From: a virus
Taxonomy: Duplodnaviria > Caudoviricetes
Virus record (IMG/VR): IMGVR_UViG_3300028792_000005
Location: 2,897-66,896 of that record
Strand: one strand, 5' to 3'
DNA: 64,000 nt
Part shown: piece after piece, positions 8,486 to 16,225 of the stretch
Numbering within the stretch: position 1 is the stretch's first letter
Layout: each line of letters starts with the position of its first letter
Position numbers and translations under genes: made by a program
Notes under the pieces: generated by a model
What the model was told of the DNA's origin: nothing
Seen by the model: only the letters and a program-made list of their open reading frames with translations
Databases searched by the model: none

Positions 8486-8788
8486 CTACTGGATGCCGCG
8501 CTTGCCTGTGCTGATGGGCGTGTCGTCGGTGCGGATCACCACGGTCACGCCCTGCTTGTGCAGGTCCACGAGCGCCCAGTTGCGTGTGCGCTCCTTGCGA
8601 CCTGCCAGCAGGCAGTCCTCCTGCGTGCACCACGGCTTGCCGCTCTCACGTCGCAGGGGCGTGAGTGCGTCACCGCAGAACATGCAGTGGGTGGGCGCGT
8701 CAGGAGCAGGCTCGCCTGCGTCTTGGTCGAACTGCGCCGGGTCGTACATGTCACGCACACGCGTGACCTTGTGGGCCTTGATGCCCAT
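8486..8788 (-). CDS. Zn-binding hypothetical protein, 100 aa
   Basis: GAGGAGG SD 5 nt before ATG; CMFC...WC..EDC. Confidence 0.7.
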   Translation of the reverse strand: MGIKAHKVTRVRDMYDPAQFDQDAGEPAPDAPTHCMFCGDALTPLRRESGKPWCTQEDCLLAGRKERTRNWALVDLHKQGVTVVIRTDDTPISTGKRGIQ

Positions 8789-8798
8789 GCACACCTCC

Positions 8799-8936
8799 TC
8801 AGGTGTGGTCGTGGGTGAGCAGCAGGTTGATCGCCTGCGTGCTCAGTCCCTCCGGGTGCGGGATGCCGAGTGCGTGGAAGCACGGCTCGACAAGCGCGAG
8901 TGCGCACAGCAGGCACAGGCGTGCCGCGCGCCTCAC
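8799..8936 (-). CDS. Small hypothetical protein, 45 aa
   Basis: GTG overlapping TGA; MRRAARLCLLCALALVEPCFHALGIPHPEGLSTQAINLLLTHDHT. Confidence 0.45.
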   Translation of the reverse strand: MRRAARLCLLCALALVEPCFHALGIPHPEGLSTQAINLLLTHDHT

Positions 8937-9301
8937 TTGCCAGCCTTGACGGTGGCCTTGCGCTGGATGCGACCCGTGTAGGTCTGCTCAGCGATGATCT
9001 GCACGCGCTCGCTGGGCACGTACGAGTGCGCGTCCTTGACGCGCTCCAGGTTGCAGGTGCCGATGGTCGCGTCCAACTTGTGCGTGTACGCGCACGGGTG
9101 GTCCTGACCACCGCAGCCCAGGCAGTAGAGGATGGGCAGCGCCAGCACGGGCACGTCCTTCGGCGCGAAGTGCTGGATCTCACGCTGCGTGACGGGCATC
9201 TGGCACGCGCGCTCGCGGTCGTAGAAGGCTGCGTCAATGAACTCCACGTCGTAGCCCTCGTCGTTCATGTACGGGTAGTGCGGGTTGCGGAAGCCGGACA
9301 T
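8933..9301 (-). CDS. Hypothetical protein, 122 aa
   Basis: GGAGG SD + ATG 9301; CLGC..HPC motif. Confidence 0.7.
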   Translation of the reverse strand: MSGFRNPHYPYMNDEGYDVEFIDAAFYDRERACQMPVTQREIQHFAPKDVPVLALPILYCLGCGGQDHPCAYTHKLDATIGTCNLERVKDAHSYVPSERVQIIAEQTYTGRIQRKATVKAGK

Positions 9302-9415
9302 CGTGCCCTCCAAGGCACTCGGGTCACGCTCATGCGTGACGGTGGGTAGTGCGAGCGTTACTGCGCGCACATGACCGCCCGCCTGCCGAAACAGACGGAC
9401 GGCCAAACACGTGCG

Positions 9416-9583
9416 TTACGCGTTGTGCAGCGTGCAGTCGGGGCACACACGCTCTGGCGTGCAGTCCCAGCAGCACTCGTTGTGGAACGTGCGCTTGTAG
9501 TCACGCACGCACACGATCACCAGCGTGATCGCACCTGCGACCACGAAGCCGACGATCACCTGGGCGATCAGGTGCGCGATCAC
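9416..9583 (-). CDS. Small TM-anchored Cys-rich protein, 55 aa
   Basis: GTG overlapping TGA; MIAHLIAQVIVGFVVAGAITLVIVCVRDYKRTFHNECCWDCTPERVCPTARCTTR. Confidence 0.55.
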   Translation of the reverse strand: MIAHLIAQVIVGFVVAGAITLVIVCVRDYKRTFHNECCWDCTPERVCPDCTLHNA

Positions 9584-10203
9584 AGCCCGGTCACGCCGCT
9601 CATGCGCTGGCCGAAGCCGTGCTCACGTGCGCTGGCCTCCAGGTTCTGCTCAGCACGCAGGCGGCTGGCACGCACGCGCCTGATCTCCTCGCGCAACTCG
9701 TCGGCGGTCTTGCGCACCGTGCGTGTGGTGGGCACGGCGTGCTGGACCTTCACGGGTGCGGGCACGACCTCGACGCTGTACGTCGTGTGGCCGTAGATGC
9801 TGGAGTGGAAGATCAACTCGCCGCACTTGCTCGTGGCGTAGACCTTGCACCCGTACTCGCACGTGTGTGCGAGCCGCACCTCGCTGGCACCACCCAGGCA
9901 CTCGATGCCGTGTGTGTGGAGCAGCACGCGCTCCCACTCCGGCAACCGCGTGCCCACCGGACCCGTGTACGCAGGCGTGTACAGCGCGTCACGCACCTGC
10001 TCGCGCATGTCCAGGTCAGCGACCTCGCGGTTGCGCAGCACACGCGCCTCCACGTTGGCGCGCTTGTCCTCGTGGTTGCGCTGCACCTCGCGCCGCGCCT
10101 CGTTGCTCGTGAGCGTGAACGAGTACGTGCCCATGTCGTCGCTCTCCGTGACGACCGTGCGCTTGCCGATCTTCGGCAGCCGTGCGTTGTCGGTCTTGCT
10201 CAT
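9580..10203 (-). CDS. Hypothetical protein, 207 aa
   Basis: AGGAGG SD + ATG 10203. Confidence 0.75.
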   Translation of the reverse strand: MSKTDNARLPKIGKRTVVTESDDMGTYSFTLTSNEARREVQRNHEDKRANVEARVLRNREVADLDMREQVRDALYTPAYTGPVGTRLPEWERVLLHTHGIECLGGASEVRLAHTCEYGCKVYATSKCGELIFHSSIYGHTTYSVEVVPAPVKVQHAVPTTRTVRKTADELREEIRRVRASRLRAEQNLEASAREHGFGQRMSGVTGL

Positions 10204-10271
10204 GTGTTGGCCCTCCTGAGCCTGTGTGTGAAGTGCGCGTGGTGGCATGCGCGCCCCGCCTGTGGTGCTGG

Positions 10272-10655
10272 TTACACGCGTGCGTACTTGTTCCAGTACG
10301 TCTGGTTGCGGATCACGTCCGCACGCGTCTGGTAGCCCTTGCCGTGGCAGGCGAAGTGCTCACCCGTGTGCACGGGCACGCCGTTCACGCTGCCGCCCCA
10401 CGAGTAGCGACCTGTGCCGTTGCAGTCGCACTCGTGCTCAGCCTGCACACGCACCAGGTGTGTCTGGTCGAGCGTGTGCTCACCACGCGTGAGCGTGTCG
10501 AGGTTGAGCCACTCGACCTTCACGCGCAGTCCCTTGCGCGTCTTGCTGTCCACGAGGAACCGCTCGCCCTTGCGACCGAGCAGCACGTCGTGGGCGTGCA
10601 CGTTGTCGATGGTCGTGTCCAGCACCAGGCGGGTGTTCGCCTTGCGTGCGGTCAT
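10272..10655 (-). CDS. Protein with DnaJ-like CxCxGxG / CxGxG zinc-binding motif, 127 aa
   Basis: ECDCNGTG...FACHGKG; AGGAGG SD. Confidence 0.7.
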   Translation of the reverse strand: MTARKANTRLVLDTTIDNVHAHDVLLGRKGERFLVDSKTRKGLRVKVEWLNLDTLTRGEHTLDQTHLVRVQAEHECDCNGTGRYSWGGSVNGVPVHTGEHFACHGKGYQTRADVIRNQTYWNKYARV

Positions 10656-10710
10656 GCTGGCCTCCTAGGGCCTCGAAACGGACGCGTGTCCGTTTGTGTG
10701 TGGAAGTGTG

Positions 10711-11373
10711 TCACACCTTCGTCATGCGCGCCTTCGCCTGCTCCATCGTCTCCTCTCCGGCCCACACGCGCTCCAGCCCGTACTGGGCCGCGTGCTCGTA
10801 GGAGCAGAAGCCACCCTTCGTCCAACCCTCGACCTTGCCCACGCTCTTGCGCTTGCAGGAGCGCGATCCGTGGCGGTTGCTCGGGTCAGCCACGGTCCCG
10901 TTGCAGGGCGGCTGCGGGACGGTGCCGCGCGCCGTGAGTCCCTGTGCCGCGTAAGCGGCTCGCTGCGCACGCATCCGCTCGGTGCTGGTGTTCACGCGCT
11001 CGGCTGCGGGGATCTTGTGCTCGATCACCCGCACAGGCTCGGGCGTGCCGTTGGCGATCTGCTCAACCGTGTGCGCGAAGTACTCGATCTTGTGCGCGAG
11101 GTGGCGCATGTCGCTTTCGCACTCGTCCGCGAGCGACGCCAGCGCCTGCTCGATCTCGTCAGCCTCGGTCCAGGCGACCGCCTCCGCGCAGGCGTCCAGG
11201 AGAACCTGCGGGGTGGCGTACTGCGGGGTGATCACACGCACGTTGGTGCGGGTGGGCGGTGTGGCGAACGACGCGAGGAACGCCGCGTCAGGCGTGGTGG
11301 TGGTGGTGGTGTGCGTGTGCGCCTTGTGCACGTACACGAGAGCAACGAGCGCGAGCATGAGCAGGTACAGCAT
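10711..11373 (-). CDS. N-terminally anchored/secreted protein, 220 aa
   Basis: GGAGG SD + ATG 11373; hydrophobic N-terminus then poly-Thr; C-terminal C..C..C..C. Confidence 0.72.
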   Translation of the reverse strand: MLYLLMLALVALVYVHKAHTHTTTTTTPDAAFLASFATPPTRTNVRVITPQYATPQVLLDACAEAVAWTEADEIEQALASLADECESDMRHLAHKIEYFAHTVEQIANGTPEPVRVIEHKIPAAERVNTSTERMRAQRAAYAAQGLTARGTVPQPPCNGTVADPSNRHGSRSCKRKSVGKVEGWTKGGFCSYEHAAQYGLERVWAGEETMEQAKARMTKV

Positions 11374-11415
11374 GGTGGCCTCCAAGGGCCTCGTGCGCAG
11401 GTGCTACCTGCGCGT

Positions 11416-11495
11416 GTTGGCATCATCAGCGTGAGTGCTACTCACGGACACGCGCTCAGCACGCTGGTGTGCGTGTGAGCGCGTGTTTCGCCTAC
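11416..11495 (-). ncRNA. Type II hammerhead ribozyme; predicted cleavage between 11447 and 11446
   Basis: GGC-GAAA, 11-bp stem III ACACGCGCTCA/TGAGCGCGTGT, GUC site, 7-bp stem I CGTGAGT/ACTCACG, CUGAUGA core, one extra U, then GCC closing stem II. Confidence 0.85.
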
Positions 11496-11968
11496 TTGCT
11501 GGCGAGCGCGGCGACAGCGGCCTTGCGCTGCGCGGGCGTGAGCGTGGCGAGCGCGGCCTTGACCGCAGCCGCGTTGCCGAAGCGACCCGTCCAGGCGTCG
11601 CCCGTGAGCCCCTGCGCGAACAGCGCCTTGTTGAGCGGGCTGAGCGCCTCCTTGCGCGCCTTGTACGCCTCACGCGCCTGCGCTGCGGCCTGGTCCTTCG
11701 CGGCCTGCTGTGCGGGCGTGAGCGCCTGCCGCGCCTCGTGCTTCGCCAGGGCCGCTCCCGCGAGGGGACGCTTGCCCGTGGTGGTCTTGCCCTTGCGCGC
11801 CTTGCGCTCGACCGCGAGGTCGGCCACGGGGGCGGGCGTGCTGTGCTGCCCCTCGACGAGCCGTGCGAGCACGCCCGTGAGGGCGGTCAGCGCCTCGGTC
11901 TGCTGCGCCTGCGTGTGGGCGAGCGCCTCGACCTGAGCGGCGAGCGTGGTGACGGTGATGCGAGCCAT
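11492..11968 (-). CDS. Ala/Lys-rich hypothetical protein, 158 aa
   Basis: AGGAGG SD; N-terminus shared with 4884..5300. Confidence 0.75.
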   Translation of the reverse strand: MARITVTTLAAQVEALAHTQAQQTEALTALTGVLARLVEGQHSTPAPVADLAVERKARKGKTTTGKRPLAGAALAKHEARQALTPAQQAAKDQAAAQAREAYKARKEALSPLNKALFAQGLTGDAWTGRFGNAAAVKAALATLTPAQRKAAVAALASK

Positions 11969-12083
11969 AACGGCCTCCTGTGTGCATGCGCCTGAGGGCG
12001 CTCACGGGACGGTCCCGTGTGTGTGCGCGTAAGTGCGCCTCCTGCCAGGCTCACTGGCCCACGCCCATGTGCGGGCGTGCTTG

Positions 12084-12160
12084 TGCGCGTGCGAGGAGTC
12101 GAACCTCGCCGAGCCCCACCTGTGGGGACGCGCTACCGTGCGTGTGCGCTCAGGACGCGA
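12084..12160 (-). ncRNA. tRNA-like element with intact T-arm and shrunken anticodon arm
   Basis: CGAGG-TTCGACT-CCTCG T-arm, CCCCA-CAGG-TGGGG arm, GCGC..GGTA-GCGC D-like arm; acceptor pairing only partial. Confidence 0.45.
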
Positions 12161-12470
12161 GCGCGGTGAGAGCCTCCAGCGCGGCCTTGCGAGCGGACGC
12201 CTCGCGGATCTGCGCCCGCACGAAGCCCGTGGACTCGACCTTCGGAGCGGCCTTGCGCGAGACCTTCGCGGGCACGTCCGGGCGCGTGGCCTGCACGAAC
12301 TCGAAGGAAGTCTCGCCCGTGCGGTGCAAGCGCGCAATGCGACGCGCCTGCGCGAGAGTCGTGCTCCCCGTAGGGACGCAATCCGTGCAGCCGAGAGCCT
12401 CGCGCATCATGCGAGCGCCCGAGCGCGTGAGCGTGCCGTCGTGCGCGACCGTGACCGTGAGCGTGTTCAT
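12150..12470 (-). CDS. First gene of the leftward operon, 106 aa
   Basis: AGGAGG SD + ATG 12470 (MNTLTVTVAHDG...). Confidence 0.72.
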   Translation of the reverse strand: MNTLTVTVAHDGTLTRSGARMMREALGCTDCVPTGSTTLAQARRIARLHRTGETSFEFVQATRPDVPAKVSRKAAPKVESTGFVRAQIREASARKAALEALTALAS

Positions 12471-12793
12471 GGGGTGCCTCCTGCGGGCGTAGCGACGCGC
12501 GGAGCGTCGGTGAATGCCAGCCGTCTGGCTGACACATTCAGTATCGACCTGGACCAAATGTCGGTTGACTTCCACGGCGAAGTCATCCCCCCCGTTTCAC
12601 GCTCGCCGTACCTCAAGATCAAGATCTGCACTCGCGTGGTGGGTCTGTACGCAGCGGGTCCTCCGAAATATCTGTGTTCGGATTCCCGGATGCCTGATTG
12701 CCTCTGGAGGGGCTCCTGGACACGAGAACCAAACCAGTTCCGGTCTGGACGTTCGTTTATTCGTGAGGTTGTTCAGGAACGCTCAGAGGTTCC

Positions 12794-12991
12794 TTGCCCC
12801 AGGACTCGCTCCCCGGTGTTGCACGGGCATTCACACCAGATCTCGTGATCAGCGATGCAGGCGTGCTCACGTACAGGCCTGCCGATGCACTCAGGGCATC
12901 GGCGTTCGTGAATGTCAGCGGGCTGTTGCTGTTCCTGAGTCATGAGCACCTCCTGAGGCTAGAAGAACTTGCTGCTTCCAGTTCCTCTTGA
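12794..12991 (+). CDS. Possible small hypothetical protein, 65 aa
   Basis: Open frame (TTG start) in the divergence region; weak SD. Confidence 0.3.
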   Translation: MPQDSLPGVARAFTPDLVISDAGVLTYRPADALRASAFVNVSGLLLFLSHEHLLRLEELAASSSS

Positions 12992-13266
12992 GGTCTCTTG
13001 CTGTACTTGCTCTCGCGCTGCTCCGGGCAGTGTTCGCCCACCTGCTCGGTCTATGTTCGGCTTGCTTATGTGTGCGGCAGGGGCTGTCTCACGGGCTTGA
13101 CGGGCAGGATCTCCCCACACGTCCCGTCCAAAGTCACCGTGAGGGGCACCCATCCTCAGCCGCTTTGTCGGTGCTGGAGTTCACGGGCTTGGCATGCCAG
13201 ACTCATCGAGAACGTTCGGGTTCGGATGGAGGCCCCTAGAGGCCCAAGAAACAGGCGGTCGTCAGA

Positions 13267-13614
13267 ATGAACAAGCGGGACAAGAAACGCCTCGCAGCAC
13301 GTGTCAGTGAAGTCCCGCACCAGCGGGACTGGGACGAGTGGGAACGCGACATGTACTACCTGCACCGTCGCCCAGAGCCCATCCACGTTCCTGAGAAGAG
13401 CCCGTACCGGTCAGACGCGGAGAACATCCTGAAACTCGGGCTGGTCATCCTCACGCTGCTCGGTCTGGAGATCCTCGCAAGGATCGGCTACCGCTCCCAC
13501 ACGCTGCTGTGGCAGATCCTGGGCTGGGTGCTGTGGCTCGTCACCACCGCAACCATCTTCCTGTTCATCACCGCCACCGTGCGCACCCTGTGGAAGGGCT
13601 GGCGTGGTCGATAA
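13267..13614 (+). CDS. Two-TM membrane protein, 115 aa
   Basis: Two hydrophobic helices, basic termini; first gene of the coupled rightward array. Confidence 0.7.
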   Translation: MNKRDKKRLAARVSEVPHQRDWDEWERDMYYLHRRPEPIHVPEKSPYRSDAENILKLGLVILTLLGLEILARIGYRSHTLLWQILGWVLWLVTTATIFLFITATVRTLWKGWRGR

Positions 13615-13792
13615 GCCGGACAGCGACGAATGTCGCTGGTGCAAGGACCTGATCCTGCTGTTCCCTGAGGACCAGGACTGGATCCACGCCAAGACGCTCT
13701 GGCCTGCCTGCACCAGCGACTTCCAGACCATCAAGCCCGATGTTCGCTACGCGACACCGAACAACTACGAGATCCAGGAGGAGGCCCTGTGA
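13604..13792 (+). CDS. Small Cys/His protein, 62 aa; ends YEIQEEAL
   Basis: Coupled overlaps; CRWC..WIH..C. Confidence 0.65.
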   Translation: MVDKPDSDECRWCKDLILLFPEDQDWIHAKTLWPACTSDFQTIKPDVRYATPNNYEIQEEAL

Positions 13793-14166
13793 GCGACAAC
13801 TTCGATGAAGCGTTCCCGTATGTCGCTGTGACGACGTACAAGCCGTCAGGGACGCTCTCCATGATGCAGAGCGCCGTGAAGGGCATGCACCCGCCTCTGC
13901 TGACCGGAAACGGCTACACACGGTCCTCAGACAGCATCGCGGCCTACCTGGCTCCCTGGTACTGCGCCCGGTGTGAGCAGCGCGTCCTGCACGACAAGGA
14001 CGGCTACCGCAAGAACCGTGGCAAGCCCGCCTGGGTCCACCTCGGCACCATGAGTCCCTGGTGCATGAAAACCAAGCAGCACGGCCCCAAAAGTCGGTTC
14101 GTGTTCCCCGTGCCGTCCCTGTTCACGGTGAACGAGTTAGGAGTGCTCGATGCCGAAAGCCGGTGA
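13789..14166 (+). CDS. Hypothetical protein, 125 aa
   Basis: GGAGG SD + GTG; CARC..WVH..C. Confidence 0.7.
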   Translation: MSDNFDEAFPYVAVTTYKPSGTLSMMQSAVKGMHPPLLTGNGYTRSSDSIAAYLAPWYCARCEQRVLHDKDGYRKNRGKPAWVHLGTMSPWCMKTKQHGPKSRFVFPVPSLFTVNELGVLDAESR

Positions 14167-14272
14167 GATCCTCCGCGTGAACCGTAAGACCTACCGCTGG
14201 TGCGAAATGTGCGGCAAATGGATCCGCCACAACAGCCTCACCGGCACCGTCCACGTCTGCCGGAGGTACTGA
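14150..14272 (+). CDS. Small Zn-ribbon-like protein, 40 aa
   Basis: AGGAG SD; MPKAGEILRVNRKTYRWCEMCGKWIRHNSLTGTVHVCRRY. Confidence 0.55.
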   Translation: MPKAGEILRVNRKTYRWCEMCGKWIRHNSLTGTVHVCRRY

Positions 14273-14514
14273 TGCGCGCTGGTGACCTCACACCCGGCGA
14301 GTACTACGCCCACGGCTCCACCTACGTGAACTGCATCATCCACACCGTCACCTACTCAGCCGAACGACAGGAAGTGTGGGTCGACCACACCTACCAAGGT
14401 GAACGTATGAACCGCTGGTACGACGAAGACCGCGACTGGAAAGTGAAACGCCACAGCATCGTCATCGAAGAACCCGTCGACTGGGCCGACCTGCTCATAG
14501 CGGATCGTGCATGA
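14272..14514 (+). CDS. Small beta-barrel-like protein, 80 aa; tag IVIEE
   Basis: GGAGG SD + ATG 14272. Confidence 0.7.
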   Translation: MRAGDLTPGEYYAHGSTYVNCIIHTVTYSAERQEVWVDHTYQGERMNRWYDEDRDWKVKRHSIVIEEPVDWADLLIADRA

Positions 14515-14732
14515 GCCACGACAAGTACAGCGAAGACCACGACCACGACGAATGCCTCCGGCTGCCCTGCCCACGATGCGGCTGCGACCCCGTGACAGGT
14601 CGGTACGTCCCAGACGACTTCTCCGTCAAACGCTGGTCCTGCGAGATGTGCCAACCATGCTGGACCACCTATGAAGCCGACATGGAACCGCACGAACGCG
14701 AACTCCACCTCATCGAGGAGCACTTCCCGTAA
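14511..14732 (+). CDS. Cys-rich protein, 73 aa; tag HLIEE
   Basis: ATGA overlap; CPRCGC..CEMC. Confidence 0.68.
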   Translation: MSHDKYSEDHDHDECLRLPCPRCGCDPVTGRYVPDDFSVKRWSCEMCQPCWTTYEADMEPHERELHLIEEHFP

Positions 14733-15199
14733 TGGCAGGCCAACTCAGCAAAGCAGCGCGGGACGCGATGCTCGGGATGATCGTCGCCGACCAAAATAAA
14801 CGAACGTCAGATCCGAAAATCGGTCGCGCGCCTGCGGCGCAAGGGGACGCTTCTCAGCCCAGCCACTACTTCGAGGCCACGCTGCTAGACACGCGTGGCG
14901 AGGTCATTGGCATCGAGGACTTCCTGCTGAACATGACCTTTGATCAGGCGCGCGACGCGTTCGTGAACGCTGAGCGCATCTCCCTAGTAGCGACCAGCGC
15001 GCAGACCGTGGCGTCCCTGGTGCTGTGCGGAGACGGCCAACAGGTAGCGAACATCCCGCTGACCACCACCTGGAGCATCCAGCCTGGGGACACCGTGACG
15101 TTCGAGCCTGCCTCCGTGCAGATCAACATCCCGTTCGGGGCGCACCTAAAGTTCCCTGGGCTGCACGTGATCGAGGAGGAGCCCAGTCTGTATGACTGA
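14732..15199 (+). CDS. Paralog of virion protein 39886..40320, with tag HVIEEE
   Basis: MAGQLS.. and FVNAERISL..SIQPGDTVTFEPASVQI vs MAGSKS.. and SNANTISF..TILTGDTATLPPGALKI. Confidence 0.7.
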   Translation: MAGQLSKAARDAMLGMIVADQNKRTSDPKIGRAPAAQGDASQPSHYFEATLLDTRGEVIGIEDFLLNMTFDQARDAFVNAERISLVATSAQTVASLVLCGDGQQVANIPLTTTWSIQPGDTVTFEPASVQINIPFGAHLKFPGLHVIEEEPSLYD

Positions 15200-15470
15200 G
15201 GAACTCCTGCCGATGGATGGACCAGGTGGCGGCGTGTTGATCGACCACGACATGAGCGTGGTGCCAAGATGTGGCTCATGTTTGGAGCCACTTTTCGAGC
15301 AGCGTCAGTGGCTACTGGTCTGTAAGGGGGCCGACCACTACGTTGGGTCTGGGCAGTGGACCAAAGATGAGGCTCTTGAGGCTCTGGTCGCGCTCATCGA
15401 GCACATGTTCAAAGAGCATCCGTGTCCGTTGCACGCGTTCATCATCTACGAGGAGGAGGAACTGACGTGA
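15192..15470 (+). CDS. Hypothetical protein, 92 aa; tag FIIYEE
   Basis: GAGGAG SD; CGSC..C..CPLH. Confidence 0.68.
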   Translation: MTEELLPMDGPGGGVLIDHDMSVVPRCGSCLEPLFEQRQWLLVCKGADHYVGSGQWTKDEALEALVALIEHMFKEHPCPLHAFIIYEEEELT

Positions 15471-15727
15471 CGCTCGCCTACGCCGTTCCTCTGGTGCGCT
15501 TCGGCAACACGCTCATCAACCTCAACCACATTGACTACGCCATGACGAAGAAGGAAAGCGGCACTGACGCTCGCGGCTACCCGAAGATGCGTTACAAGTT
15601 GTACGTCTACTTCAACACGCCGAACAAGCATCTCGTGTGGTCCTACGACACTGAGGCCGAAGCGAAGGACGCTCTGGATAAGTTCGAGAAACTCAACGAG
15701 ATGTTCATGATGGCCGAACTGCCATGA
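15467..15727 (+). CDS. Hypothetical protein, 86 aa; variant tag FMMAE
   Basis: GAGGAGG SD + GTG 15467. Confidence 0.7.
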   Translation: MTLAYAVPLVRFGNTLINLNHIDYAMTKKESGTDARGYPKMRYKLYVYFNTPNKHLVWSYDTEAEAKDALDKFEKLNEMFMMAELP

Positions 15728-15951
15728 GTTGGAACCTCGACGCAAAGAAGTCACTCACAGCGAAGGGCGACAACTGCCCACACTGCAAGCGCACCCAGAT
15801 GCGCGCCGCGATCCACATGGAACTAAGGACGCTCGTTAGAAATGGCCAGATCACGACTCAGCAGATGGCTGACGCGTGCGAGGGATATTGCTTGGGCCAC
15901 GCCGGAGAATGGATCCCCGACTTCATCATCCGTGAGGAGCGTGAGCCCTGA
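15724..15951 (+). CDS. Hypothetical protein, 75 aa; tag FIIREE
   Basis: ATGA overlap; CPHC..C..C. Confidence 0.68.
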   Translation: MSWNLDAKKSLTAKGDNCPHCKRTQMRAAIHMELRTLVRNGQITTQQMADACEGYCLGHAGEWIPDFIIREEREP

Positions 15952-16225
15952 TGATCTGGAGTCGTTCGAAGACTGTGAGTACATGATGGAGTTCTCTGAC
16001 CCGCTGCGTGAGCGCGGCCTCCAGATCATCGACATGGCGAACTTGATGCGCTTCCAGAACGCTCTCAAAGAGATCGTGAACGTCCTTGGTCCTGATGACC
16101 TTGTTGACGGCTGCCCCGACTGCCATGCTGGCTGCCCCGGTCTTCTCGCTGAGGCGGGAGAGGCCCTGCGGATCGCCAAAGAGGCCCTCGCCGGTAAGCA
16201 CGTCCTGCCTGAGGAGAACACATGA
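15941..16225 (+). CDS. Hypothetical protein, about 94 aa; variant tag HVLPEE
   Basis: Start uncertain (GTG 15941 or ATG near 15983). Confidence 0.6.
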   Translation: MSPDDLESFEDCEYMMEFSDPLRERGLQIIDMANLMRFQNALKEIVNVLGPDDLVDGCPDCHAGCPGLLAEAGEALRIAKEALAGKHVLPEENT

